Part shown: positions 16,557 through 25,420 of the stretch, piece after piece | Layout: each line of letters begins with the position of its first letter | Numbering within the stretch: the stretch's first letter is position 1 | Assembly (NCBI GenBank): GCA_003221005.1 | Contig: QHTZ01000096.1 | Span: 1-35,160 of the forward strand | DNA: 35,160 nucleotides | From: Gemmatimonadota bacterium | GTDB lineage: Bacteria > Gemmatimonadota > Gemmatimonadetes > Gemmatimonadales > GWC2-71-9 | Direction of reading: 5' to 3' | Notes under the pieces: model-generated | Told to the model about the DNA's origin: nothing | What the model saw: the letters and a program-made list of their open reading frames with translations, nothing else | Database searches by the model: none | Made by a program: the position numbers and the translations under genes

Positions 16557-19088
16557 CTATGGCCCCGTCCCGCTCCCCACCACGATCCCCTGTTCCGCGA
16601 AGAACTCCTCGCACCGCCGCCGCACGTCCTCCCAGCTCCCGATCACCGTAGTAGCGCGCGGCAGCCCTTCGAGGATCCGGGCGCCGTATCCCTTCGTGAC
16701 GGCGCGGCGGTCGAGCAGCACCACAGCACCCGTATCCGAGCGAGTGCGAATCAGGCGGCCGAAGCCTTGTTTCAGCTTGAGCGCCGCGAGCGGCACGAGG
16801 TAGTGGCTGAAGCCGTTCTGCCCGCGCTCCTCGAGCCGCTCGAGCCGTGCCGCCGTGAGCGGCTCGCTCGGGACTTTGAATGGGAGCTTGGCGAGGATCA
16901 GCACGCGCAGCGCCCGGCCCGGCACGTCAACACCCTCCCAGAAGGAATCGGTGCCGAGCAGGATCGCGGACCCCGAATCGCGGAACCGCCGCAGCAGCTG
17001 ATCGCGCTGCCCCTCTCCCTGTACGAGCAGCGGCCAGCGCGCCCCGAGTCGCCCCTGCCCCCGCACCGCGGCGGCCGTGCGGCGCAGGGCGCCGTGACTC
17101 GTGAACAGCACGAAGATGCCGCCGTCCGATACGCGGGCGAGGTCGAGCAGCACGCGTGCCACGGCGGCGTCGTGCCCCGCCTCGTCGTCACGCGGCTCGG
17201 GCAGGTCGGTCGGCACCCCGAACAAGCATTGCGCCGGGAAGTCGAACGGCGATGCGAGCACCTCCTGCACCGCCACCCGTGTGGGGGGAAGATCCAGTCC
17301 TAACCGCTCCGCGAGGAACGCGAAGTCGCCCGCGGCGGCGAGCGTGGCGCTCGTCAGCACGACGGTCCCCACGCGGTCGAATAGATTTTCCTTCAAGAGT
17401 AGCGCCAAATCGAGCGGCACCGAGGCGAGCGTCAGGTTCGCCCCCTTCCTGCCGCGCCGTTCGAGCCAGCGCACCGCCGGCGGCCCGCCGGGCGCCGGCT
17501 GCAGCGCGGCGGTGAGCCCCTGGGCAGCCGCGTCGAGCCGGCGGATGACTCCCCGCAGCTCGGCGATGAGCTGGACGGGGCGCTCCGCGGGATCCTCGAA
17601 CACCAGCCGGTCCGCGATCGTTTCGACGCCGTCCCGCAACCCTCTGAAGGCGACGAGCAGGTTTTCGAGCGCGGGGCCCAGTCCCTGGGACCAGACCGGG
17701 TCGCCGGCGAATGCGTCCGTGAGGCGCAGCACGGAGCCTGGCGCGGCTTCGGCGTCGAGCCGGTCGCCGAGCAGCAGGAAAAGAGTGTCGGCCGCGCGAC
17801 GGGCGGCGTCCAGCGCATCGAACAGGCCCTGGCGCACCAGGTCGCGGCTAGCGGCGGCGAGCAGGTCGTCGCGCCGGGCGAGCTCCGCCGCGATCGCCGG
17901 GAGCAGGCCCCGTCCGTTGCGCTCGAGCCGCGCGAGCAGCCGCTGCACGCCTACCGCGCTCACCTGAGCGCCGAGATGGGTCGCGGCGACGTCCTCCAGG
18001 TGATGCGCTTCGTCGAGCACCAGGCGGCGATAGGGCGGCAACACGGCGGCCTCGAGCCAGTTGTCGGACGCGATCCGCACCGCGAGATCGGACGCGAGCA
18101 AGTGGTGGTTCACCACGACGACGTCGGCCTCGGCGGCGCGGCGCCGCGCCTGGAACAGGAAGCAGCGCTCGAAGTGGGGACACTTGAGCCGCGTGCACAG
18201 GTCCGACTCCGCCGCGACGGAGTCCCATACCTCCGGCGACGGCTCGTCGGTCAGGTCCGCGAGGCTGCCATCGCCGGTGCGCGCCGCCCACGCGGCCAGG
18301 GCCTCGAGCTCGGCAGCGCGCGCGTCGTCGAACATCGAGTCCTGCCCGGCGCGCGCCTGCTCGAGCCGCGCCAGGCACAGATAGTTGCGCCACCCCTTGA
18401 GCAGCGCGAAGCTCGGCGTGTGGTCTCCGGTGGCGAGAGCGCGCGCCAGGATCGGCAGGTCCTTGCCGACGAGCTGCTCCTGCAGGTTGATCGTGTTTGT
18501 GGACACGACGGTGCGCTCGCCGTTCTCCCGCGCCCACACGAGCGCCGGCACGAGGTAGGCGAACGACTTGCCAACGCCGGTCCCCGCCTCGAGCAGTGCC
18601 ACTCCGCCGTCGTTGTACACGTCGGCCGTGTAGGCCGCCATATCGCGCTGGCTCGGCCGGTCCTCGAACGCGCCCAGCACGCGGGCGACGGGCCCGTGCT
18701 CGGCGAGCAGAGCGGCGACGTCCACGGGGTCGAGCCGCGCGGTCGCCCGCGCCCGCGGCACCTCGACCACCACGTAGCAGGCGGTGACGTCGTTGTCCAC
18801 GATCGCGAAGCCGACGCCGCCGTCGTGCAACCGGGCCGCGACGGCGAGGTCGGCGCCCGACGGCTCGAGCACGCCGCTCGGGTGGTTGTGCAGCAGGATC
18901 TCGCCGCGCTCGGCAATCCCCGGGAGTGCGAGCACCGCGTCCACGGTGCCCCGCGCCACGACGCGCGCCTCGACGATGCGTCTGTTCCCGTCGAGACGGC
19001 CCACGAACGAGACTTCGCGTCCCTGGGCGGCGCCGATTTCCGCGCGCAGCAGCAGCTGCACGGCCGGCGCCAGCCGCTCGACGCTCAC
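16557..19088 (-). CDS. dinG: DinG/YoaA-family Fe-S DEAH helicase with N-terminal RadC-like JAB/MPN domain
   Basis: GTG 19088 overlaps the upstream TGA; JAB motif REV...HNHPSGVLEPSGAD; RPSQ (Q motif), EAGTGVGKS, NYLC and CTRLKCPHFERC (Fe-S), LDEAHH, TSATL, FWEGVD, KQGFGRLIR. Confidence 0.9.
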   Translation of the reverse strand: MSVERLAPAVQLLLRAEIGAAQGREVSFVGRLDGNRRIVEARVVARGTVDAVLALPGIAERGEILLHNHPSGVLEPSGADLAVAARLHDGGVGFAIVDNDVTACYVVVEVPRARATARLDPVDVAALLAEHGPVARVLGAFEDRPSQRDMAAYTADVYNDGGVALLEAGTGVGKSFAYLVPALVWARENGERTVVSTNTINLQEQLVGKDLPILARALATGDHTPSFALLKGWRNYLCLARLEQARAGQDSMFDDARAAELEALAAWAARTGDGSLADLTDEPSPEVWDSVAAESDLCTRLKCPHFERCFLFQARRRAAEADVVVVNHHLLASDLAVRIASDNWLEAAVLPPYRRLVLDEAHHLEDVAATHLGAQVSAVGVQRLLARLERNGRGLLPAIAAELARRDDLLAAASRDLVRQGLFDALDAARRAADTLFLLLGDRLDAEAAPGSVLRLTDAFAGDPVWSQGLGPALENLLVAFRGLRDGVETIADRLVFEDPAERPVQLIAELRGVIRRLDAAAQGLTAALQPAPGGPPAVRWLERRGRKGANLTLASVPLDLALLLKENLFDRVGTVVLTSATLAAAGDFAFLAERLGLDLPPTRVAVQEVLASPFDFPAQCLFGVPTDLPEPRDDEAGHDAAVARVLLDLARVSDGGIFVLFTSHGALRRTAAAVRGQGRLGARWPLLVQGEGQRDQLLRRFRDSGSAILLGTDSFWEGVDVPGRALRVLILAKLPFKVPSEPLTAARLERLEERGQNGFSHYLVPLAALKLKQGFGRLIRTRSDTGAVVLLDRRAVTKGYGARILEGLPRATTVIGSWEDVRRRCEEFFAEQGIVVGSGTGP

Positions 19089-20386
19089 GTCTTCAGCTCG
19101 CGCTTCTTGGCCGCGGGGAAGAGCACGTTGTTGAGGATCAGGCGGTACCCGGGCGAGTGCGTGTGCAGCGACAGGTCGGTCGGGAGATCGCCGATCTGGT
19201 GCTGCGGGTCCTCGGGGTCGTGCCCGCCGAAGAAGGTCCACGTGCCCTTGCCCAGGTCGCCGTGGGTGTACTTGACCCATGGCGCTCCCTCCTCTTCACC
19301 GAGCACGGTGACGCTCGGCTTGAGCCGGTTGCGCATGAAGGAGGTCGTGAGGCCGTAGAAGTCCGGGATCACCTGGCGGTGGTTCTGGATCAGCATCGTC
19401 GGCACGGGATCGATCTTCGCGCTGAAGTTGAAGAGCGTGAACGCGCCGAGCGGCTGGCGCCGCGGGCCGGCGTTGACCTGGTGCCCGTCGATGTCGGAGA
19501 AGCTCGGGATCTGCGGGTTGGGCTCGATGTGCGCCCCGGTGAACGCGAGCGTCCGGCTCCAATCGAGCCTGGCGTCAGCGTCGGGGTCGATCGGCGTGCC
19601 ATCCGCGAAGCTCGCGGCGATGTCCGCGTGCTCGGCCGCGAGGGCGAGGTCGATCGTCTCGGTCGCGGTGCACATCGCGAACAGGAAGCCGCCGTTCCGG
19701 ACGTACTCGCGGATCGCGCGCGCCACGGCCTTCTTCAGGTCGGGCACCGAGCGGTACCGGAGCTGCCGCGCCGCGTCGGTGTTGAACCGGACCATCTCGG
19801 CCAGCCACGGCGCCCCCGCGTAGATGAGAAAGAACTTCGAGTATTGCCCTGTGAAGTCCTCGTGGTGCAGGTGCAGCCAGTCGTAGCTGCGGAGCGAGCC
19901 GGCCAGCACCTCGAAGTCCCACACTCGCTGGAACGGAATCCCGGCGTACTGGAGTGCCATCGTTACGGCGTCGTCCCACGGGGGCGCGTTGGGCGGCACG
20001 TACACGGCGACCTTCGGCGCCTTCTCCAGCGGCACGCTGTCCGCGTTCGTAGCCTCGATGTCGCCGCGGATGGCCGTCACGTCGGGGCCACCCACCGGCT
20101 CGACCCGGACCCCAGCGAGTGCCGCATCGCGCCGGATCGCGTCACCGTCGGCGACCAGGAACGAGCCGCCGCGGTAATTGAGGAGCCATTCCGCGGGGAG
20201 TCCCGCCTGGACGATCCGGTACACGACGCCATACGCCTTCAGATGGTCGGTCTGGGCGTCGTCCATGGGAATCAGGAGCGACGGACGGTCGGACAGTCGG
20301 ACAGTCGGACGGAACCCCATAAAGTCAGCCCCGACCGACAGTCCGACTGTCCGACCGACCGACACCAGGAACTCTCTCCGCTTCAC
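19085..20386 (-). CDS. Exported class-I glutamine-amidotransferase-like protein (family often mislabelled asparagine synthetase B)
   Basis: GTG 20386 overlaps the TPR gene stop; MKRREFL twin-Arg-like start; LIPMD..QTDHLKAYG, WLLNYRGGSF, YDWLHLHHEDFTGQY, GGFLFAMC (Cys elbow), GHDPED, GYRLILNNVLFPAA. Confidence 0.75.
   Translation of the reverse strand: MKRREFLVSVGRTVGLSVGADFMGFRPTVRLSDRPSLLIPMDDAQTDHLKAYGVVYRIVQAGLPAEWLLNYRGGSFLVADGDAIRRDAALAGVRVEPVGGPDVTAIRGDIEATNADSVPLEKAPKVAVYVPPNAPPWDDAVTMALQYAGIPFQRVWDFEVLAGSLRSYDWLHLHHEDFTGQYSKFFLIYAGAPWLAEMVRFNTDAARQLRYRSVPDLKKAVARAIREYVRNGGFLFAMCTATETIDLALAAEHADIAASFADGTPIDPDADARLDWSRTLAFTGAHIEPNPQIPSFSDIDGHQVNAGPRRQPLGAFTLFNFSAKIDPVPTMLIQNHRQVIPDFYGLTTSFMRNRLKPSVTVLGEEEGAPWVKYTHGDLGKGTWTFFGGHDPEDPQHQIGDLPTDLSLHTHSPGYRLILNNVLFPAAKKRELKT
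20280..20363. repeat. Octamer tandem-repeat hairpin B (GTCGGACA / TGTCCGAC) inside a coding N-terminus
   Basis: Left arm gacggacg gtcggaca gtcggaca gtcggacg; about 19-nt spacer; right arm cgaccgac agtccgac tgtccgac cgaccgac. Confidence 0.92.
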
Positions 20387-22143
20387 GACTTGGGAATCGC
20401 TCCTCGGGCGCGCTCTAGCTCGCGCCGCGCTTGGGGCACGACGGCGCTCTCGGGATAGGTGAGGATGAGGTGTTCGAGGTGCTGCGTAGCGGCGCTGGTC
20501 TCGCCCTGCCGCAGCAGCATCCGGGCCCACGCGAGCTCCGCCGCCGGCGCCGCCGCACCTGTGCCGCCTATCCGGATTACTTCGTCGAATAGCGCCGCCG
20601 CGGTCCGCTCGCCGTCGCCGCCCAGACCAGCTGCGACACGGCCCGCCAGCAGCAGCACGTCGGGGCGGCCGTATTCGGGCGTCAGCCGGTCCGCAACCCG
20701 CCGCAGGGTCGCGAGCGCACCCGTCGAGTCTCCGCGCGCGAGCGCCAACAGAGCGCTGCCAAGCGCCGGCAGGCGGTCCTCGGGGATCCGCTGCATCAGC
20801 GCGACCATCGCCATGCGCTCGGTCGCGTCCCGCCGGTCTCCGGCGTACGGGCCCGCGGCGCGAAACAACGCGCGCGCCGCCTGGAGGTCGCCGCGGTACA
20901 GCGCGATCCACCCGCGCACCGCGCTCGCCTCGACGCTCGAGTCCGCCCCCAGGGCCGAGTCAGCCCGCGCCAGGTCGCCGCGGCGGATGCGCGCGCGTGC
21001 CAGCGCTAGGCCCACGGCCGTGCGGTCGTCGTTCAACAGCTGGTTGCGCGCGCGCTCCAGCTGGGCCGCGGCGGAGTCCAACTGGCCCGCCTGGATCAGG
21101 GCGCGAATCAACGTGGCTTGAGCGAGCCGCTGCGCGTCGGGCGCGGCCCTAGGGTCGGCGGCCACGAGCGCGAGCTCCGCCTGCGCGGCCGCAACGTCTC
21201 CCGCCTCGAGGAACGCCCGCGCCGCATCCGCGCGCATTCGCACCGCGAGCTCGGGCGGCACCCGACGCGCGAGCTCGCGGAGGGCAAGCCCGCGCACGCG
21301 CCAGCCGGCGCGGGTGCGCTGTCCCATCGCCCAATCGGCGAAGCTGCGCAGTGCGTACGCCGCATCCACCGAGCGTCCGCTCACCGTCGGCTCGAAGACG
21401 GCCCAGGCACGCTGCGGGTCACCCCACGACAGGAGCAGCGCCGCCCCGAGCTGGCGGGCGGCCGGGGCGTCGGACGCGCCCGTCAAGACCTGGATGACAC
21501 CCTCGCGCCGGTCGACGGGAGCGTCGACAAGCTGCCCCACCGCCGTCGAGAGCTGGGCGGGAACGACCGCCAGCGCAGTGGCCCATTCCCGGGCCGCGCC
21601 TTCCCACTCGCCCATGCGACGGCGCACCTCGGCAAGCTCAACCGCCAAGGCCATCGCGTCTCCGAGCGCTTGCCGGCCGGCGAGCAGCACGTCCCGCGCG
21701 GCGGCGTTCGCCCCCGCCTCCTCGAGCGCCAGGGCCCATTCGCGATAAGGACCGGGGTCACGTGGCTGGGCGCGCGCCCACTGGCGCGCGGCGCTCCGCG
21801 CGCTGTCCGGCTGGCTGAGTGCGACATAGAGACGGAGCAGCAGGCCCCGAAACTCGGCGTTCTCCGGCTCGAGCTGCGACGCGTGTTGTGCGAGCGGCAG
21901 GACCTCTCGCAATCGGCCGAGCTGGGGCAGCACACGCTCGAGTCCGAGCAGCGCGGCGAGGTCCGTGGGATGGGCCCGCGCGGTCGCGAGATAGAAGTCG
22001 GCTGCCTGGTCGAGCCGGCCCGCGCGTTCGAGCTCGAACCCCGGACCGATGATCGCCTGCGCCGCCGCGGCGGCCGCGACGACGAGCGCCAGCCCGGCGG
22101 CGAGGCCGGCGGCTCTACCGCGAAGCTGGCGCGGAGGGCGCAT
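20383..22143 (-). CDS. Secreted tetratricopeptide-repeat protein
   Basis: Signal peptide; repeated Ala/Leu-rich helical units; C-terminal LEHLILTYPESAVVPQARRELE (BamD/YfiO-like TPR ending). Confidence 0.8.
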   Translation of the reverse strand: MRPPRQLRGRAAGLAAGLALVVAAAAAAQAIIGPGFELERAGRLDQAADFYLATARAHPTDLAALLGLERVLPQLGRLREVLPLAQHASQLEPENAEFRGLLLRLYVALSQPDSARSAARQWARAQPRDPGPYREWALALEEAGANAAARDVLLAGRQALGDAMALAVELAEVRRRMGEWEGAAREWATALAVVPAQLSTAVGQLVDAPVDRREGVIQVLTGASDAPAARQLGAALLLSWGDPQRAWAVFEPTVSGRSVDAAYALRSFADWAMGQRTRAGWRVRGLALRELARRVPPELAVRMRADAARAFLEAGDVAAAQAELALVAADPRAAPDAQRLAQATLIRALIQAGQLDSAAAQLERARNQLLNDDRTAVGLALARARIRRGDLARADSALGADSSVEASAVRGWIALYRGDLQAARALFRAAGPYAGDRRDATERMAMVALMQRIPEDRLPALGSALLALARGDSTGALATLRRVADRLTPEYGRPDVLLLAGRVAAGLGGDGERTAAALFDEVIRIGGTGAAAPAAELAWARMLLRQGETSAATQHLEHLILTYPESAVVPQARRELERARGAIPKS

Positions 22144-25100
22144 TGAGGCGTCGGAAGTATTCCAGAACCAGCCGGCGCTGCTCCGGGGTCAGGTCCCTGA
22201 GCTCGTCCCACCGGGGATAGCGGACGCGGGCACCCGCGCCCGTCGCGCCCGGCGCGAGCAGTGCGGGCACGTGGACGCTGTCGGAGCTCGCGGGACGACT
22301 AGCGCGCTCCCGCTGCTCGTCCGGCTCGGGGCCGGTGAGCGTGCGGCCCGCATCCAGGAGGCGTCGGTAGAGCCGCTCCTGGCGCTGGATCGTCTGGGCA
22401 TCGAGCCGGCCCGCCTCGAGCTGCCGCGCGAGGTCGCGCGCTTCCTGCGCCAGGGTCCCCGCCGCCTGACTCGCGCCCTCGCCGTGGAGCCGCTCGAGGT
22501 CCTCAGCGAGCGCGCGCTGCTGGGCCGCGAGCGCGCGCAGCTGGTCCATCACCTCGCCGCCGGTGGCGGCGGCGAACGAGAGTAACCCCTGCACCTCTCC
22601 GTTCAGTCCCCCCTGCTGTTGCGCCAGGTGGGCGAGCTGCTCCATCATTTCGGCGAAACCGCTGCCCGACTGCCCGCCCTGCACGTCATTGCGGCTCTTC
22701 GCCAGGGCGTAGGCCGTCGCGTTGAGCGCGTCCACCGACTCCTCCGCCAGGGCTGCGGCGGCTTCGACGTTGGGGTTCGCCTCCTCGAGCCGCTCCCGCG
22801 CCGCGCGCATCTGGCGTTGAGCAAACGCGAGCGCGCGCTCGAGCTGGGGGGAGACGAGCGCGTGCCTGCCCGCCGCAGCGCGGACCTGGCGCTCGACCGC
22901 GTCCGCGCCCTCCTCCAGGGAAGCCTGCTGGGACCGCGTGGCGGGCCCCGCCTCGCTCCGGTGCAGCGCCTCAGCGATCTGCCGCTGGCGCTCCGCGAGC
23001 GCCACCGTCTCCGAGAGGGCGCGGTCGAGCGCATCGAGCGTCTCCCGGCGCCACGCTTGCGCCAGCGAGTCACGCCGGGCGCGCAGCGCGTCCGGGATCT
23101 CTGCCAGGGCGGATTCCGCGGCGGCGCCGGCGCTCGCTGCAGCCGTGGCATCCCGCTCGCTGGCGGCGCCGGCGGCCCGACGCATGGCGCCGTGCGCGCG
23201 CGCAGCGGCTGCGCGGGGCGCCGCGAGCGGCGTGCCGCCGTCGGGCGGCGGCGCCGCCCGCGCCAGGTCGCTCGCAGCCTGCGCGATGCCGCGCGCGAGT
23301 GAATCGGTGCGCGCCGCCAGCGCGCGCTCGCGCTCCGTCGCCGAGCTGTCGACGCGCCTGGCGTCCGCCTCGTTCCACTCGGCCTGGCGCCGGCGCAGGT
23401 CTTCGGCATCTGCGGCGAGCGACTGGAGCGCGCCCTCCACCGCGGCGCGGCGGAACAGCTCCTGGCTGCGCGCCAGCGTCTCCTTGAGTTGCCGCTGCGC
23501 CTCGGCGAGGTTCGCCAGCGCCTGGCGCATCGCCTCCGGGTCGAGCTTCGCGAGCGCCTCCTGCAGCTCGCGCAGCCGCTGCTCGAGCTCAGGCGTGAGC
23601 GCGCGCTGCAGCAGCTGCTGGACTTCCGCGAGGCGCGCCTGGAACGCGGTGTCGGTCAGCCCCGCCTGCTGCGCGGCGCGCGCCACCTCGGCGACCGCCT
23701 GCGCGAGCTGCTGGGCGCGCTGCTCGACCTCTGCCTGTTGCTGCGCGATCGCCGCTGCGCGCTCGCTGGCTTCGAAGGGCAGTGTCCCGGCCTGTGCGCC
23801 CGCCGGCCGCCGGTCCGGCGTCGCCGCGTCGCGAGAACGCTCTTGCGCCAGATCGCTCGTCCGCTGCAGCACCGCCCCCGCTGCGTCGGTGAGCGAGTCC
23901 GCCGTCGCGCCGATCTCCCGCGCCGCCGCCCGCGTGGCGGCGCGCAGCTCCTCCAGGCTCAGCAGCCGCAGCGCCAGCTCGACGCTGCTGCCCTCGTGCG
24001 GCCGGGGGGCGTTGTCCCACGCGTCCACGCGGAGCCGCAGCGTGTCTCCAGGCAGCAGCCCCCGCCGCTCGGCGTCGAGCTCACCCTGAAGCAGCGCGCG
24101 ATCCCCGGCACCGCTCACGTCGAGCGCCTGACGCACTGGCTCGGCAACCTTGCCCGTTCGACTCACTCGCCAGCTCACCAACTCGACCCGGGAGACGCCG
24201 TGATCGTCGCGCACATCGATCACGACCGGTTGCCGCAGCGAGAGTGGCAGGGTCGTGTCGCGCCCCGGGACGGGGATGAACACCACTGGCGCGGAATCAG
24301 GCACCACCCGGAGGTGGAGCTCGGGCGCATCGCCCTCGAGGGGGCTGCCGTCCCCCGCCGCCACCTCGAGCCGCCAGACGCCGGAGGCGCCGGGCACGAA
24401 TCCGCCGCTGAACGCGGTGCCGCGCACGCCGAGCCGCGCGGCGTTGCGGCCCCCTGGGGACTGCACCCAGGCGGCGTGCACGACCGGCACGCTCGCGGCT
24501 CCGTTCGTAAGCACGGCGGTGCCCGCAGGCAGCGGGATGGTGTCCGGCCCCGCCACGATCTGCTCGTCGGCGCGCTGCAGGTAGGCGGGGTAGCGGGCGG
24601 TGAGCTCGAGGTCGGCAAGGAACGCGGGGAGCCTCACGACAACTGTGTGTTCGGCGCTGCGGCGGGTGCCGCTCGTCGCGCGCACATAGAGGTCCGTCTC
24701 GAGCGGACCCAGGCGGCGCATCCCGCGCCCCGACGTGTCCAAGGGGACCGGCAGCGGCCGCCACGGCTCCCCCGGCGCGCGCGTCCACAGCGTGGCACGA
24801 GTGGCGGCCGGGACTGCGATCGTGACCGTGACGCCCTCGCCCCGGCGCACTGTGTCGCGGTCGACCGCCAGCAGCACGGTTGCCCGCGCGTCCGCGAGCG
24901 TGCGCAGCGGATGCCAGAACGCGGCACGACCCCGCGCCGGCGACGCGACGACGAACAACGCGGCGCCCGCGGCCGCGGCGATCACGCCCGCCGCGACGCG
25001 ACGACGGGTCTCCCGCGCGAGCGAGCGATCCACGCGCGACGCGACGGCAGCGACCACGCGCGCTGCGCGCGCGTCGGCGAATGAGGCGAGCTCCGCGCTC

Positions 25101-25420
25101 GTCCCGCCCAGCCCAACGTCGACGGCCGCGAGCGCGCCGACCACGCTGCCGTCGCGCGCGCCCGCCGCGCCCTCCACGAGACGACCGAGCGTGTGCGGGT
25201 CCGCGCCCCGCGGAGCACGCCGCGCACCCCACGCCGCGAGGCCTGCGACAAGGGCGATCGCAAGCCACGCGGCGACGACCGCGAGCGGCCGCGGCGCGAG
25301 CCACAGCCCCAGCGCCGCTATCGCCAGGGCCAGCCCCGCCGCCGCGAGCACGAACGCGCTGATGCGCGCGCGGGTGTGCGCCAGGCCGAGCTGCCGCAGC
25401 CGGGCGCCCGTCTGGGTCAC
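22115..25420 (-). CDS. DUF4175-like membrane-anchored protein with beta-rich domains and long coiled coil
   Basis: N-terminal TM helices, ARYPAYL, VVPDSAPVV, DVRDDHGV, GLLPGD...AWDN motifs, long Q/E/A coiled coil, C-terminal RRLVLEYFRRL; GTGA coupling to DUF4159. Confidence 0.75.
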   Translation of the reverse strand: MTQTGARLRQLGLAHTRARISAFVLAAAGLALAIAALGLWLAPRPLAVVAAWLAIALVAGLAAWGARRAPRGADPHTLGRLVEGAAGARDGSVVGALAAVDVGLGGTSAELASFADARAARVVAAVASRVDRSLARETRRRVAAGVIAAAAGAALFVVASPARGRAAFWHPLRTLADARATVLLAVDRDTVRRGEGVTVTIAVPAATRATLWTRAPGEPWRPLPVPLDTSGRGMRRLGPLETDLYVRATSGTRRSAEHTVVVRLPAFLADLELTARYPAYLQRADEQIVAGPDTIPLPAGTAVLTNGAASVPVVHAAWVQSPGGRNAARLGVRGTAFSGGFVPGASGVWRLEVAAGDGSPLEGDAPELHLRVVPDSAPVVFIPVPGRDTTLPLSLRQPVVIDVRDDHGVSRVELVSWRVSRTGKVAEPVRQALDVSGAGDRALLQGELDAERRGLLPGDTLRLRVDAWDNAPRPHEGSSVELALRLLSLEELRAATRAAAREIGATADSLTDAAGAVLQRTSDLAQERSRDAATPDRRPAGAQAGTLPFEASERAAAIAQQQAEVEQRAQQLAQAVAEVARAAQQAGLTDTAFQARLAEVQQLLQRALTPELEQRLRELQEALAKLDPEAMRQALANLAEAQRQLKETLARSQELFRRAAVEGALQSLAADAEDLRRRQAEWNEADARRVDSSATERERALAARTDSLARGIAQAASDLARAAPPPDGGTPLAAPRAAAARAHGAMRRAAGAASERDATAAASAGAAAESALAEIPDALRARRDSLAQAWRRETLDALDRALSETVALAERQRQIAEALHRSEAGPATRSQQASLEEGADAVERQVRAAAGRHALVSPQLERALAFAQRQMRAARERLEEANPNVEAAAALAEESVDALNATAYALAKSRNDVQGGQSGSGFAEMMEQLAHLAQQQGGLNGEVQGLLSFAAATGGEVMDQLRALAAQQRALAEDLERLHGEGASQAAGTLAQEARDLARQLEAGRLDAQTIQRQERLYRRLLDAGRTLTGPEPDEQRERASRPASSDSVHVPALLAPGATGAGARVRYPRWDELRDLTPEQRRLVLEYFRRLNAPSAPASR

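Noticed and set aside
19085-20386. Asparagine synthetase B (asnB) assignment
   Set aside because: No N-terminal Cys of an Ntn amidotransferase and no SGGLDS synthetase motif; the protein looks exported and class-I GATase-like.
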